This document shows positions 23,024-33,420 of a stretch of 64,000 bases of DNA, one piece after another. The first letter of the stretch is position 1. Each line of letters begins with the position of its first letter. Under the pieces are notes generated by a model. The model was given only the letters and a program-made list of their open reading frames with translations, did not search any database and was not told the DNA's origin. The position numbers were made by a program, and so were the translations under genes. This DNA comes from Leidyana gryllorum EB-2025a (Eukaryota; Protista; Apicomplexa), in contig JBLWGC010000202.1 in assembly GCA_048772705.1 (NCBI GenBank), forward strand, positions 267,904 to 331,903. Reading direction: 5' to 3'.

Positions 23024-25087
23024 ATGTCCTTCTGTTGCACACCAAATGTGATCCCATTACTGTTGCGGTATTTGTTTCCGGAAAGCTCTGCGCCCCCACA
23101 AAACAGCACTTTCCGCACCCCGCTGCTTTTACCCAACCCAAACAAATGCCCCAGCCCTAGCAGTGAGGATACAGTGGACGATGGGGTGGACACCCGGTCC
23201 ACAGGTGAAGGGATTGACGAAAGCTCCTCCGCGTTTGCCTCCGCTGAATGGAATCGCAATTGGCATTTGAGTCGAAGTGACCCGATTCAAGGATTGGTGT
23301 ACCAATTTCTAGATCTGTGGGAGCTGGCGAAAGCGCGTCAAATCAGCACTGCACATCGAGAGTACATCGACCAGCGCCACATAGCGGACTACCTGATCTT
23401 AGACGAAACAACTATGGGCTGGTGTTGGGATGTCTTATCAAATCAAGATTGGTTCATACAGCTCTTGAAACGTTCGATACGCCACGCACATTGTATAATA
23501 GTGAATCCGAATCCCCAGAGGTTACTGCACCAATACTTCGAGGCAGGCGACCATGGGAGCAGCCCTGGATCACGTCCAAACTCCCGCCACTCTGCTCCCA
23601 CGCTGACCAGTTGCACCGGTACCAAATTCCAGCGCGAGCGCATTCTACGAGTGATCGCAGACTTTGTCAATGGAGAAGACGAGGTGCCGCATGGGGATTT
23701 CATATTTGCGTTCCATGAAAGCTCTTTCAGGGAAGAAGGCGGACGCTACCTGATATTGCGTGGGAAAGAGACCTTTGGTCGCTTTGATGGACTGCTGGTG
23801 GACAAGCGGGACACTTTGCGCTCCAGCGATCGGTTATCATTTGGCGCCCGACAAGCCTGGAGCGGTTTGATGCGGAAGATGGTTACGGACCGACCAGATA
23901 CTCTGTCGAATCGGATTGTCAAGCAGATGTTCTTTCGAGCGTTGGGTGGGGAGCTTGAAGCCAGGTTTTCGGAGTATTTGGTGAGCGATCGCGAAGTCTT
24001 CCAGAAGGTCAATTCCCGACAAGTCCTCAATGTACCCCAGTACATCTTCACTGAGGTACTGCAACGCAGTCACTTTGCCCGCTTAATGCAACGTTCAGCT
24101 GCATTTATTGAGTTGACGTCAGATTTGCCTGGATACCGACGGCTAAGGCCGCGGCACCCTCTTTTGAGTTGTCCAGACTTACTCTGTCTCCCCATGGTGG
24201 AGGCTCGAGCAATCACGACGCCTGGGCGGCTGGAAGACGACTGGTTCTATCTCACAGATGAGGTTGACGACTCCGATTCTAGTGCCATTCCGTCTACCAT
24301 TTCGCATCTTTGCATTGATGGGCGAATCCGCCCCGTCGACTTGACAACGTCACTACAATGTGAATCATTACGGCATCTGGTCCTGCTTGGCAACCCAACA
24401 GCTCCACAGGTCCGTCAACTGATGAGTTCGCTCGCGACCCAGGAGCGAGGGGAATCATGCTGTCTCGGTATGGACAAGGCCACCTGTTTGTCCTACCTGC
24501 CACTGCTTGGCACCTGCCGTCGGACAAGTGAGTCGCACTGGCGAAGGGTGTTGTATGTGACCAAATTGACTCGTGATCTGAGTGGTCTGGTGATGAATGC
24601 CGGTATCAGCACTTTGGTTATCGACGATATCGCAACGCCGGAGAACATTGACGGCGCTATATCTATCCACAATGACGTTCTGGACAGTGGCTACAAGCCG
24701 ATGCAGATACTGTTCACTCATTTGCCCTATTTGACCCCAGACTATTTGGGAAGATTACGGGACCTGCTCATTGGCTCGTTATTCCCTTTGTTTCCTGGAG
24801 GCGATCGGGTCAGTGGGTGTGTACCTTTCGGACTATTACAGCGCCGTGAGCAGTTTGACAGGTTCATCGCGGAGTGGCAGAGGTTGACCGCGTTGGTTCG
24901 GCCGGGTACAATTGTGTGGGCTCCATCCACGAGGCGGGTTGCAACAGTGGCATTGTATTCGTCATGGCTACTCCAACATGTGAAAGAGCGCACGCTTGAG
25001 ACGCTGGGCGCGAATCTTGGATATTTGAGCCGACATCCAGTGGTGGATCTTGCAGAGTTGCTCACCTTGCGGAGAAGGCATCCTTAA
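23024..25087 (+). CDS. F-box protein, about 687 aa, intronless ORF (first ATG 23024; ORF track starts at GTG 22841)
   Basis: F-box-like IQGLVYQFLDLWELAKARQISTAHREYI. The C-terminal LRHLVLL...ISTLVIDD...MQILFTHL...VPFGLL is shared with the 14929..17697 protein. Confidence 0.72.
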   Translation: MSFCCTPNVIPLLLRYLFPESSAPPQNSTFRTPLLLPNPNKCPSPSSEDTVDDGVDTRSTGEGIDESSSAFASAEWNRNWHLSRSDPIQGLVYQFLDLWELAKARQISTAHREYIDQRHIADYLILDETTMGWCWDVLSNQDWFIQLLKRSIRHAHCIIVNPNPQRLLHQYFEAGDHGSSPGSRPNSRHSAPTLTSCTGTKFQRERILRVIADFVNGEDEVPHGDFIFAFHESSFREEGGRYLILRGKETFGRFDGLLVDKRDTLRSSDRLSFGARQAWSGLMRKMVTDRPDTLSNRIVKQMFFRALGGELEARFSEYLVSDREVFQKVNSRQVLNVPQYIFTEVLQRSHFARLMQRSAAFIELTSDLPGYRRLRPRHPLLSCPDLLCLPMVEARAITTPGRLEDDWFYLTDEVDDSDSSAIPSTISHLCIDGRIRPVDLTTSLQCESLRHLVLLGNPTAPQVRQLMSSLATQERGESCCLGMDKATCLSYLPLLGTCRRTSESHWRRVLYVTKLTRDLSGLVMNAGISTLVIDDIATPENIDGAISIHNDVLDSGYKPMQILFTHLPYLTPDYLGRLRDLLIGSLFPLFPGGDRVSGCVPFGLLQRREQFDRFIAEWQRLTALVRPGTIVWAPSTRRVATVALYSSWLLQHVKERTLETLGANLGYLSRHPVVDLAELLTLRRRHP

Positions 25088-25399
25088 TTCATCATTGGAC
25101 GTTTACGTGTGTGACCACAGCCGTTGGTCGTGTGCCTCTCCATATTCTATCATATTCATGCTTTATTTGCTAACAGTTCAAGTATGTTTTTGCTTTGAAC
25201 CAGTACGACTCTTTTCAGAGTTAAGGACAATTCAATATTGGGTTCGCTGTGCTGGCCAGCACTGAACAGTACTCCGAAGGTTTTCATCGAGCCCGCCTGG
25301 GGCCCGAAATGAAGGTCCAAAGACTTTTGGGGACGGAGATGGTAGTGTAAGCTGATTTCAAATTTCAGGGTCTCCGTGGTCGCGGCTGCGAGTACAGAA

Positions 25400-27370
25400 T
25401 GAATGGTATCCGAAGGCAGACGTCACGGCGAGAGGTCTCGCGTAAACGAGCACTACAGACCACGCCCGGCGCGACCGCACCGCGCGGACGCGCGCAGCTC
25501 CGGGGCACCTGTATTGTCGCGTCGCGGCAGTCCAACATTGATTGTGGACCAACTTTTGATTGCGTGTTGTTTGATTCGAACACCTTCTCTTGGCGAGTAT
25601 GTATGCCAAGATATGGAGGCTAAAAGTTGCTGAGCGGTTTGGGAAAGAGACCACAATGTCCCAAGGGTCGCTCCGAAGTTGGAATGTTTAGGCGTCAACA
25701 GAGACCAACTTCCTTTCATTCGTCACGATTTGGCGGTGGAGCTCCATAGGGCTGTGGGTGACGGCCGCAACGACCTGATTGTGTAGGTGACAAAGCCACA
25801 CTTCAGGCGCTGGGTCTTCGAACTTGACGCCGCCGCCGCCTCCGTGGCAAACGGAGGGTGGCAGACATCGCCGTGTCTGGTGCAAGAGTTACCCGAGGCG
25901 CAGGATTGGGCGAGCGATTCAGTGGAGTTCCGTATCGGAGTCACACACACGTGGCCAAAGTGCGCGAGGTGAGGCTTCCTGGAAGCACTGACTTACATTT
26001 CATTCAGAGGGTCACAAAGGTTCTGGGAGTACCTTAGACGAGAATGGAGCGATCGGGAGCGCCGTATGCATCCTCTGTGTCGCACTTTCCTGCGGAATCC
26101 GCTGTTTGTGCCACAGATACATTCACAACGGCTTGTGAACGAGACTCAAGAAGATGGCACTGTGCTGCGGCGCGTCTACTCGAACCTCGGATGGTTTCGG
26201 TTGGCCCGAACAAAGGATTTGGATTCACCACCTCTCCGGTGGAGCGCACTCCCACTGACCGAACCTCCCGCTGCGTACCCTCCTCCGTACTTTGGGTCGA
26301 TGAGTGACAACACACTTTATCTGAGCGCAACCGGCATCAACCATCCAGTGGAGTGGTCAGAGGTTACACGGGTTCTCTATGTCAACAACAACTCCACTCC
26401 AATTTTGACCGAAAACGTACTCGAAGCTCTGCCCCTTCAGAACCTGAAGCGTATCGAATGACCTCTGGAGGGATGGGCGCTCCTTGAAGGACTGTGTGAG
26501 AACGCGACCCCCGCCCGATGGCCCCCCGATTGTGTCCGAGTGCTATGCCTTCACACCCAACGGGATGCCTCAGCGGAAGCGATGCGACGTTTGATTGAGA
26601 GGTGTCAAATTCAATATGTCGGTGTCACCGGAGTCCCTTTGAAGATTGCGAAGTTGGTGGACTGGTTTTTGGTTGGGCACTCCATTTGGCGACGGAGAGG
26701 CGTTCGGGTCCGTTTCGGCCTCCAGGCTGCAGCCCTTTTGCACTATCCGTGGCCTAAGGTCCAATTGGAACTTGTTTCGGGACTCTACACCGATGCCACT
26801 CTCCAGGCTGTCCTGAAATACATCCGATGTTCTGCTGTAGAGAGCGGTCTGTGCCTGAGGGCTCAGGCTGCCGACCATCCAGAACAATGGACAGAGCTGC
26901 GAGAAAGAAGTATTCAGGCTGAGTCAACTCTTCCCTCAAAATCTTATTACTACAGCCTTCCAAAGGCCTTCGTCAATGAGTGGTACGCTAAAATGTTGGA
27001 GGGGACGCTGCGAGAGGCTCAGACTTCCGTCGGCGGACTGTTCGACCGCATCGCCCATTTTTACACAGACGATTGGTGGTTCGGGCGCGCGTTGTTGAAT
27101 CAGCGCTACAGAGAATTGGAGTATTTGGACCTTCGGGTGAGGTTACCGTCTGTCTGTCCCGCGTCGCTGTACCAGGAGGTCTTCCCCCAAAGAGAGAAGA
27201 GTTCCCGAGCTTCCAGAATACTGTCTGCGAGGCTTTTACATTGTGCGAGTCATCTGTGGTCAAAATGGAAACGACCTTGTTGAGGTCCCCCGGTCAACGG
27301 CTATCTATGCTTATCACTCCAGACAGAGTGAAAGTTAGTGTCGGTGAGCTCTACGCTCAGGTAAAATAAC
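25400..27370 (+). pseudogene. F-box-family pseudogene
   Basis: VAPKLECL, intron 25969..26007, WFRLART and IQYVGVTG...GHSIWRRRGVRVRFGLQAA...PWPKVQLELVSGLY are homologous to the 31489 and 33421 proteins. In-frame TAG (25784) and TGA (26459) occur in both palindrome arms. No intact 5' F-box seen. Confidence 0.75.
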
Positions 27371-28579
27371 GATCACGACTGCACGTGTAGTCAAATGGTG
27401 TGCAGATGAACACCACATAAGACTTCCGGATCGGGAGCACTGAGCAGTCGAACGTGAGATACCGTGAGGTCCACACTACAGTGATGGAAGTGGTTGCCGA
27501 AGGGTCCTAAAGTGCCTTGTTGACGAGGCCCGAGACCTCAAGGCATTGCGTACGGCACTTGTTGGCTCTGCTAAGTGTCTGTGGTTACCTCAAGACTTAC
27601 AGGCGGACTCTCAATGTCGTCTACTGTAGGCTGTGTCGGGTCGTCTCCACTGCCACCTATTGTAGATATGGTTATCTTCACCAAACTCCCCTCAATTGCG
27701 CCTCCCGAACTCCGCTGCAGGACACCATTAACCCGCACAACCAGATAATTTGCGCAGTGCTGGAGTCCGTCGGCCAACGAGAGATCGAGACTTAGGCCGT
27801 CATACAGACGGGGGAGTCGCGGCAGCAGTTCCAAAGAGCAGCTGGAAGCATTCATTTCATAGTCGTGTGGCTGATGGTTGGGTATGGGGAAGGCTTCGAG
27901 GCACAGCTCTCTGGGAGAGCGCCTTCACAGCGAGCAATCTTGCGAGATGGGTTTTTCGTACCTTTGCTTGACGGTATCGAACGCTCGGTGGTAACGGCGA
28001 AGCCCTTGATCGGTCATAGTGGGCTAACACTACACTGACAGAGGCGGCTGATCTGCGCTGACTACGTTTATATACCGGCCTGCTACATTAGATAGCTCTG
28101 ATAAACTGCTATTTCCAGGATTAGACCTTTAGGCAAATTTTACGATTCCAACCACCAATAGAGGGAGACACAGATTAGACACCCACGTGTGCTGGCATTC
28201 CTTTTTGTTTATTTGTGACTAAACTGAAACTATGAATAATTCATCAAACGACTCAGAAATGCGTTCCATCATCGACGGATGAAAACCAGAACCAACGATA
28301 GGACTCGTAGGATCAGCATCCGGAACAAAGAGTTCAACGACCCTCTCGATTTCGACCAGAGTCCGTCAGTAACATATCAATGGGGTGGTGGGCTTGTCGG
28401 TAACAGAACATGGAACATCCCAGGATCAAATCTTGCGGTTCAGTCGTTGGGTCCAACAGTTGTGGTAACAAGAAGGAGGGTATGTTGTTCAACATGACTC
28501 CTTCACGTTCAACGTGTCTATCATCAGAATCGTGTAGGCATTGTGTGCTCATTGGCATTAGGTACGTGATTCGTCAAAC

Positions 28580-28866
28580 TCTTGTGTGACATTGAATGGT
28601 AAGGTAGCACAACCCTAGTTTAGTGAACGCTCCTTTTTGCATCTCCGTTTTATAATATTTTGCATGTGGTAATCTACGAGTGTTGATTGGATGCCGACTG
28701 ACACGGAGACACCGGCATCCGATTGACCGGACCGAATACTAAGTGACTGAATGGTGCGTGATGGACCAAGATCTAAGCCAGGCACGGAGCCCATCGATGA
28801 GCTGTCCGCCTCCGTCGAGTTGGAGGAGGACGTACACGACGAGCAGCCAGTGCAGCCGGTCACCAA
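28580..28866 (+). repeat. Dispersed repeat of about 290 bp (copy A)
   Basis: Similar to 46207..46516; shared blocks include ACAACCCTAGTTTAGTGAAC, TTTTGCATGTGGTAATCTACG, CTGACACGGAGACACCGGCATCC and GTGCAGCCGGTCAC. Its mirror copy lies at about 59346-59632. Confidence 0.85.
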
Positions 28867-29899
28867 TTACAACGACTGGATTTGCAGTCGTGAATTTGAT
28901 TCTATATGATTCATGCTCTCGTTTTGGGCGGCCACTTCCACAGTAGTCGCACCAGTGGCCAGTGGTGCCCCTCTGTGGCGCGTTCCGCGCCATTTGGGTC
29001 TTCTGCGGCCTGTCTCGCGTTGGCCGCCATATATTCCCCGCAGACTTCTAGTCGCCTGAGCAAATGTTGAATTTCATCGTGTCTGGCATTTCTTTTCGTA
29101 TGTCTCTCCACACGCCACTCCAGCAACGAGGAGAGAAAGCGACACTCTTTATTAGGGCCATTACCAATCAGATCAATCCGAACTTACAGTTGGTCAACCG
29201 CAGCGCTGAGCGCAGCCTCGTGGACGCCTTCCCACCAAGAAGTGTCGAGCTCGACGTCGAGTTGTCTCGACTGCGCTTTGCTGACGGATATACCAGAACA
29301 CCCTCCCGAGCAGGGGGAGGTACAACGCCCCCTCCAGGAGAATTACGAGCATTGCCCCATCGTTACGCCACACATCTTTGAGTGCTTGGGATGGGTTGAT
29401 GCAGAGGTTTTTGACGCTTCAATTGCGGTAAGAGCCCTGGCTGTCTCGCCGGCTCGGCATCGCGTGTTCTGAACTGCGACCAAATTTCAACGCGGTGCTT
29501 TGTTACCTGTCTGATGCCTCTTGTCGTGGCTGTCGGACGTGTGGTGCCTATCGCCTCGCTGGTACACACCGGCGAGGCGATCCGATGGATTCGACATGCA
29601 CGCCTCCTGTAGGTATTGTGACCCCTTTTTAGTTACATGAATACACGTGTCTCCACGGAGACACCGGCACTACAAACACACGAACTTACCGGAATGACAA
29701 TCAGCACTAGACGCACTAGAAGGCCCAGCATCCTCCCCAGAGCGCTCACTAACAGGAGCAAGAAACAACCAGTAGACCAGGGTGAACTCCCAGAGGAGGA
29801 CACTTACACCTCCTCGTCTATGAACTCACGATATTCGAAGGCACTTTTAGTCCCGCAAAAAACGCCCCTGTGAGACCGACCATTGGAGGAAGGCGAAGC

Positions 29900-31140
29900 T
29901 GTTATAAGAAGTGTCATTGGTGCGGCAACGGGCTGAGAGCCGCAAAAGGGGAGTCGCTGGCTTCAAAGTCGTTGCTCGCCTGCCCCGGCATCGTCTTGCT
30001 GGTAGCCCCTTCTTTGGCCGGACCCCTCATGGTCTCCAAAGAATAAGCGACAATCAATTGATGTCCCCTCTGTCTGTGACCACAAAAAGCGCCCCCCTTC
30101 ACTCGGCGATGGACCACCGAACTTGTTGTGTACTATACATGTTGGAGCCAAAAGTGGCAGAAGTCACAGCTGCCAGTTCCACATCGGCTTGGGAGACCAA
30201 TCACGCTACTTTTCATCGAATCTGCACCTGCCCACCAGATCACCTCGAAACCCAATACGGTTCAGATGTGTCTCCTGCTAGGGTGGGCCCATAGCGGAGA
30301 TGCCGCGAACATAGAATCCATGGGATAACGCTGGCGCACACCGGTTGACTAACGGCGAGGCGATAGCACACACACTCACGCCGCCCCTGCGGACAGCCAT
30401 GACAACGAGCCACCACCCTGGATTCGCTCATGCCTCTTGAAGAAGCAGCGCGCTGTCAATTGGTCCACGGACCCACAATAATGGGACTCGGTGTATTGGG
30501 ACACTCGATGAGAGACATTCGCGCCTCTCAAAGAATTGAACCTCAGTTTCCTGCGGAGTCCTTCGTCCAAGCAATGTTGAGATTAGCCCAACGACTGTGG
30601 TACTCTGCTCGAAGGGTGTCGTGCAGAACTATTACAGAGGCGGGCCAATACACTTTGATCACGAGCGTCCTCATTTACTTTGTTCGCCACGGCTTCGCCC
30701 ACGAAGGAGCGTGCGAGACCGATCAATAGTTCAAGCACCGGATTGCAGAGGTCCTGCTGACGCCTTTGTGCGTGGCTTTGGGCCAGACATAAGTTGGACT
30801 TGATCTATGCGGTAATAGCCGTTACAGACAACAACTTGCCATTCAGTCCCCATTGAGACATCTTTTATAGGAGATCTGTGATCGCCTTTTGAGCTTGAAT
30901 TATGTCCAGGTGAAGCACTCCAGGTATGCGCACGATCGGCAGAGCCATGTTTCAAACCAGGAGGCGCGCTGTACCCAGGCCCACCGTGTGGCGCCAAGAG
31001 AACAAACAGTGTTGAGAAACGAGTAGTGAACTCTCAGAGTGAAGGATATTAGGTAACTGTTTGGAGATTCCTGCCGCTTTTGTCAGCTCCAATAGCGGTA
31101 GGTAACCCAGAATATGGGTCCAGATGTCGTCGTTCAGCAT
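29900..31140 (-). pseudogene. F-box-family pseudogene divergent from the 31489 gene
   Basis: MLNDDIWTHILGYLPLLELTKAAGISKQLPNIL (F-box), then frameshifted WFETWLCRSCAYLECF matching WFDTWLKAICATLESL. The same lesions occur in the mirror copy. The 3' limit is approximate. Confidence 0.75.
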
Positions 31141-31210
31141 TCCTCAGCACTTGAGACCGGAAAGATTGTCTGCACACACACGTTTGCGAGCTGGAGGAAT
31201 AGCTTCGATG

Positions 31211-31250
31211 ACGGCATTTAAGTGTTTAGAACGGCATTTAAGTGTTTAGA
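31211..31250 (+). repeat. Perfect 20-bp tandem duplication ACGGCATTTAAGTGTTTAGA x2 between divergent F-box genes
   Basis: Directly visible; also present in the mirror arm at 56961..57000. Confidence 0.95.
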
Positions 31251-31488
31251 AAAGTATGAAGGAGCTGGAGGGAAGTTTTGCTCCCCATGGTATTCAGTTT
31301 GGGTCGTCTCGAAGTGGTTCTGATTGGGCTTCGTGACGAAAATTGTGGGCCGCGGTCACAATTTTGGAGGGTTGCTTGATGGCAGAAAATGTCCATCAGA
31401 GAGTTCCATACTGTAGAGATTACTCACTTGGCTGGGAAGATTGACTATCAACGACTAAAAATGAACTAATGGACAAAAACAACGACCA

Positions 31489-33403
31489 ATGGCCGATTTC
31501 CCCTTCTGGAGTCAGATCCTGTCGTTTCTGCCCCTCGTGGAGTTACCCCGGCTTGCTCAAGTGTCCAAGGATGTCCATCATATACTCACATCCGAGAATA
31601 CAACCTTTCGACCGCAACACCTCTATCTGAATCGACTTCAGTTTTCATACCTGGAGAGGAGTCGCTGGTTCTGGGACTGGCTGAGGAGAATGTGCGCAAC
31701 CCTTGAGTCGTTGACAATTGTGTGTTACTGCCCGGGTACGCGGAATTGGTCCATGAACCTTCTTTTCAAACTTTGTGACTTTGGTCTCCCGAATCTAAAG
31801 GAGATGTGGATGCGAGACAACTTGCTTTTCGAGACTTCGTGGGAACGTGAAGCTTTGTGTCTGCCCAACTTACTGCGTTTGGACTTATCTACATGCTTAG
31901 TGCCCCATAGTGGAACCTGCGACGGTTTACGACTTGAGGCCCCAAAGTTGTGCTGCTTGGCCCTTCCACCGCGTGGATTTCTTCTTGTTCAGCACCCGCT
32001 TGTGGAGCGAGCTTACCAGTCGGGCGTCACGGCCCCGCCAGACCGGGGCCTCATCATGATTGCCACGGATGACGACGTCATCGTCAAGTGGTTGTGTAAG
32101 TGGGACGAAGGGCCCGATGTCAACGCGGACAGCTCATCCGCTGGGAGTGACCAGGAGTGGCAATGCCTCACGTGTTTCACAGTGCAGCCCAGATGTCTGC
32201 CACCGAATCTCGGTCGGATCACAGATCCTGGATGGCCGCAATCAGAAGAGTGAGACCGACATTCGTCAACAGACACTTTTGCTGTAGTGCGGCACAACGT
32301 CTTCTGGACCTGTTCGAGCGCCGGTGGCGACATAAGGAGCGAATGTTCCCGCTGAAGTGTTGTGCTTTCCTCTCTTCGTCTCCCGCCACGTGGTTCTTCA
32401 CTACTGGACGGACTTACATCGATGCGAGACAAAAGTTCGTCTCGAGTGCTTGCGAAGCTCCGGGGCGCGCGTGGTTCCAGTTGTCTACAACCCGCGAACT
32501 GGTCTCTGCCCCAGACACCCTCCGATGGCTGCCGTTGATTCGAGAGCGCCCCCTTTCGACGCTAACGGAGCTCAGCGGCTCTGAGGTACCTGTGACATCG
32601 CACAGCAACTCGACTTTTTACGGGAAGTTGGAGTGTGATAACTCCTCCTTTCCCCCTGCGGGGGGGATACTCGCCGGATTGAGTCGACGATTGCGTGGTG
32701 GTCAGGTCTGCGGCGAGAGAGAAAGGCGTGTCTGGCGGAGAGGTTGGCCCCTGGTGCCTTGCGCGTCATCAGAATCTATGCACAAGGAGAAACCAATCCT
32801 GTTCTGTTGAGCGAGATGATAAGAGAATACCATATCGACTATATCGCCGTCGTCGGTATGACAGAGAGAGTGCACGTGTGGACCCAATTGTACCTCATCG
32901 GCCACGGTGTGTGGCACGACACCGGCAAGCGACTCCGCTTCGGCCTACATGCAGTGCCGATCGCCTGTGCACCGTGGCCGCGGGTGTTCCTGGAGCTCGC
33001 TTCCGGATTGTATACAAATGAAACTCTCGGGACTCTCTTCGCCTTTATGGATGTGTCCGAATCTGAGACTCAGGCGTACCTTGAAAGCTCTTTTGACCAG
33101 AATACGACACTACGTAGACGCTTGAAGACTAAATCAAAAGCTCTGTCCCGCCATTGGCTCCCGTTGGTGGACGCCCGAGATGTACCATATTCGATTTTGG
33201 AGCATTGGTATGCGGAAATGATTGATGCGACACTCCCGGAGGCGCAGTGTCTGGTGGAGTGGAGAGATCATGTGATTGGCGAATTGGAACAGAGCAATCC
33301 GTGGTACCTCCATCGCCTGTTGAATGCAGATTTCGACGCGTTAGTTGCCTGGAATTTGCCCAGAGTAGTGCCCGGCTACTGTCCACATAAAATTCAACGA
33401 TAA
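31489..33403 (+). CDS. F-box/LRR-like protein, about 625 aa, 2 exons
   Basis: F-box FWSQILSFLPLVELPRLAQVSKDVHHIL and LRR-like LPNLKEMW/LPNLLRLDLS. A phase-2 intron at 32250..32287 joins the two ORFs. The G7 run at 32660..32666 is G8 in the mirror arm, which repairs the remaining frameshift. Confidence 0.82.
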
Positions 33404-33420
33404 AAGTCTGTCTGTCCTTC

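Noticed and set aside
18525-26461. Alternative genetic code (TAG/TGA reassignment)
   Set aside because: Conserved genes terminate normally at TGA (RPL38, CobW), TAA (CK2beta) and TAG (ABCB) and contain no internal stops.
28611-28625. Telomeric repeat seed (AACCCTA)
   Set aside because: A single unit per repeat copy; no array anywhere, including at the fold.
31211-31250. CRISPR-like repeat
   Set aside because: Two abutting copies, no spacer, no cas genes, eukaryotic context.
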